NCBI RefSeq assembly: GCF_000143415.4
Contig: NW_003314612.1
Location: forward strand, 1 to 9,278
Origin: Selaginella moellendorffii
Lineage: Eukaryota; Plantae; Lycopodiophyta
DNA: 9,278 nucleotides
Reading direction: 5' to 3'
Shown here: positions 8,060 through 9,278 of the stretch, piece by piece
Position numbering within the stretch: the stretch's first letter is position 1
Layout: the number at the start of each line of letters is the position of its first letter
Notes under the pieces: model-generated
The model's database searches: none
Seen by the model: only the letters and a program-made list of their open reading frames with translations
Told to the model about the DNA's origin: nothing
Made by a program: the position numbers and the translations under genes

Positions 8060-8186
8060 AGTTATATCCTTCCTTGTCAATGAACATTTTGTTGCAAGTC
8101 TCGGTTGCAGAAGTCTCGATAGTTCCAAACATACCCTCTACATACATAATTAGCAAATCTAGAGGAATAAAAAAGCTTTAGACAAG
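8060..8186 (-). pseudogene. Relic of gene Y downstream of X3
   Basis: Minus strand LSKA..IMYVEGMFGTIETS. ctttagacaag at 8176-8186 is identical to 2719-2729, and 8118-8135 matches 2666-2683 at 15/18. Confidence 0.45.
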
Positions 8187-8359
8187 AGTTAAGCTGGGAG
8201 TTCGAATGGAATATTTTACTACTTGCTGTCTTGAGCATAATCTATTGAGCTGAATTCAGTTCATGCCACCTTGTGAATAACTGCCATTTTTTTTTCTTTA
8301 ATAGAAATAATAGCGTGGTTACACATTGTGGTGTGATGAATGCAGAACCTGCAGAACCT

Positions 8360-8377
8360 TGTGTGTGTATATATATA

Positions 8378-8409
<32 letters not shown>

Positions 8410-8448
8410 GTTTTCTTGTGTATGTGTGTGTGTGTGCATGTGTATGTA
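8360..8448. repeat. Compound (TG)n/(TA)n microsatellite
   Basis: Alternating TG and TA dinucleotide runs are directly visible. Confidence 0.95.
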
Positions 8449-8449
8449 A

Positions 8450-9278
8450 TGTATTATGATTAATCTTGTGTATATAAATTATAAAATGTTTATAATTATA
8501 AACTTCATTAGATCTATTGGTAAATAATAAACACTACTATTAAGCAAACCAAACATTGTTATATGCAACATGTAGCAAATTATTGTAGTGTTTATAAACA
8601 TACTTTTTACTTAGGGGAGGAGAATGGCAAAGGATCAAATATGTTTTAGAGAGATTGTATTTCTGAAACATAAATTTTCCTAATATTTTGTTTTCATCTT
8701 TCCAAATTTTAAGATAATTTTCTTTTATCTTAGCAAAAAGGGACAGTTTGAGCCATCTCCATATCCTAGGAGTTCTTAAACTGATTCATCATTAGAGTTT
8801 AGTTTTTCATTTTTCTCCCTTGGAAAGTACATTAGAGACATAGCAAGGTTACATAACAATTGAATAGTGCATTGATGATGTTGACTAGTATAACTTTTCT
8901 TCTAGCCTGCTTTGTAAATTTGGCCTTACTAGAGTCAATTGACATTGATAAACAGGTGATCAATAGTCACAAATCTAAGTAGCAACATGAAAATTATCAA
9001 TGGGTTTCAGATGGAATATGTTCAACTACATTGCTGATAATTAATTTAAAATAGTTTTTATTATTATAATCTTAAAAAAAGCTTTTTGATATTATAAATA
9101 TTTTAATTTTTTTAGGTGGGACAGTTTTGAAAAGATTCATAGAATACTTGGACCTCTTTATGAGGTATGTATTATTAGAATATTTCTACTAAATTTTATA
9201 CTGAGCTTCTATCATAAAACCTTTTAGCGTTTTAATATTTACTTATAACCCACTTCTATAAATAATATTTTAGAAGTT
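8450..9278 (+). mobile_element. AT-rich block, possibly a degenerate intron-containing DNA transposon
   Basis: Abrupt compositional shift to AT-rich sequence. 9116-9164 is a clean exon (ttttag|...|gtatgt) reading WDSFEKIHRILGPLYE, reminiscent of the hAT transposase W..L..L.P.YE helix. No termini or target-site duplication seen. Confidence 0.25.

Noticed and set aside
8242-8439. 65-aa minus-strand ORF (MHTHTHTQ...)
   Set aside because: It is a translation of the microsatellite.
1-9278. Prokaryotic operon, CRISPR array or defence system
   Set aside because: Spliceosomal introns occur throughout, and the repeats are gene duplicates rather than repeat-spacer units.

Overview
Eukaryotic land-plant DNA with very short introns (47-72 nt). 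This architecture suggests a compact genome such as the lycophyte Selaginella (inference only). The window opens with an intact 15-exon 3-hydroxyisobutyryl-CoA hydrolase-like (crotonase family) gene at 311-2263 (370 aa, one GC-AG intron). The region ~2280-8190 is a decaying tandem array built from three genes. The first is the hydrolase itself, present as several relics. The second, 'gene X', has a ~250-aa N-terminal region I cannot assign, fused to HSP20/alpha-crystallin domain(s). It occurs in five copies or relics, and only 6627-7788 (350 aa) is an uninterrupted spliced ORF. The third, 'gene Y', is an unidentified convergent gene visible only as three short relics, one of them inverted. Aligning the broken copies by eye indicates that ancestral gene X carried two tandem alpha-crystallin domains with the same intron position, and the second domain is disabled in every copy here. 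The window ends in a microsatellite and an AT-rich block with a possible transposase-like exon. All alignments were done by eye and no database search was run.
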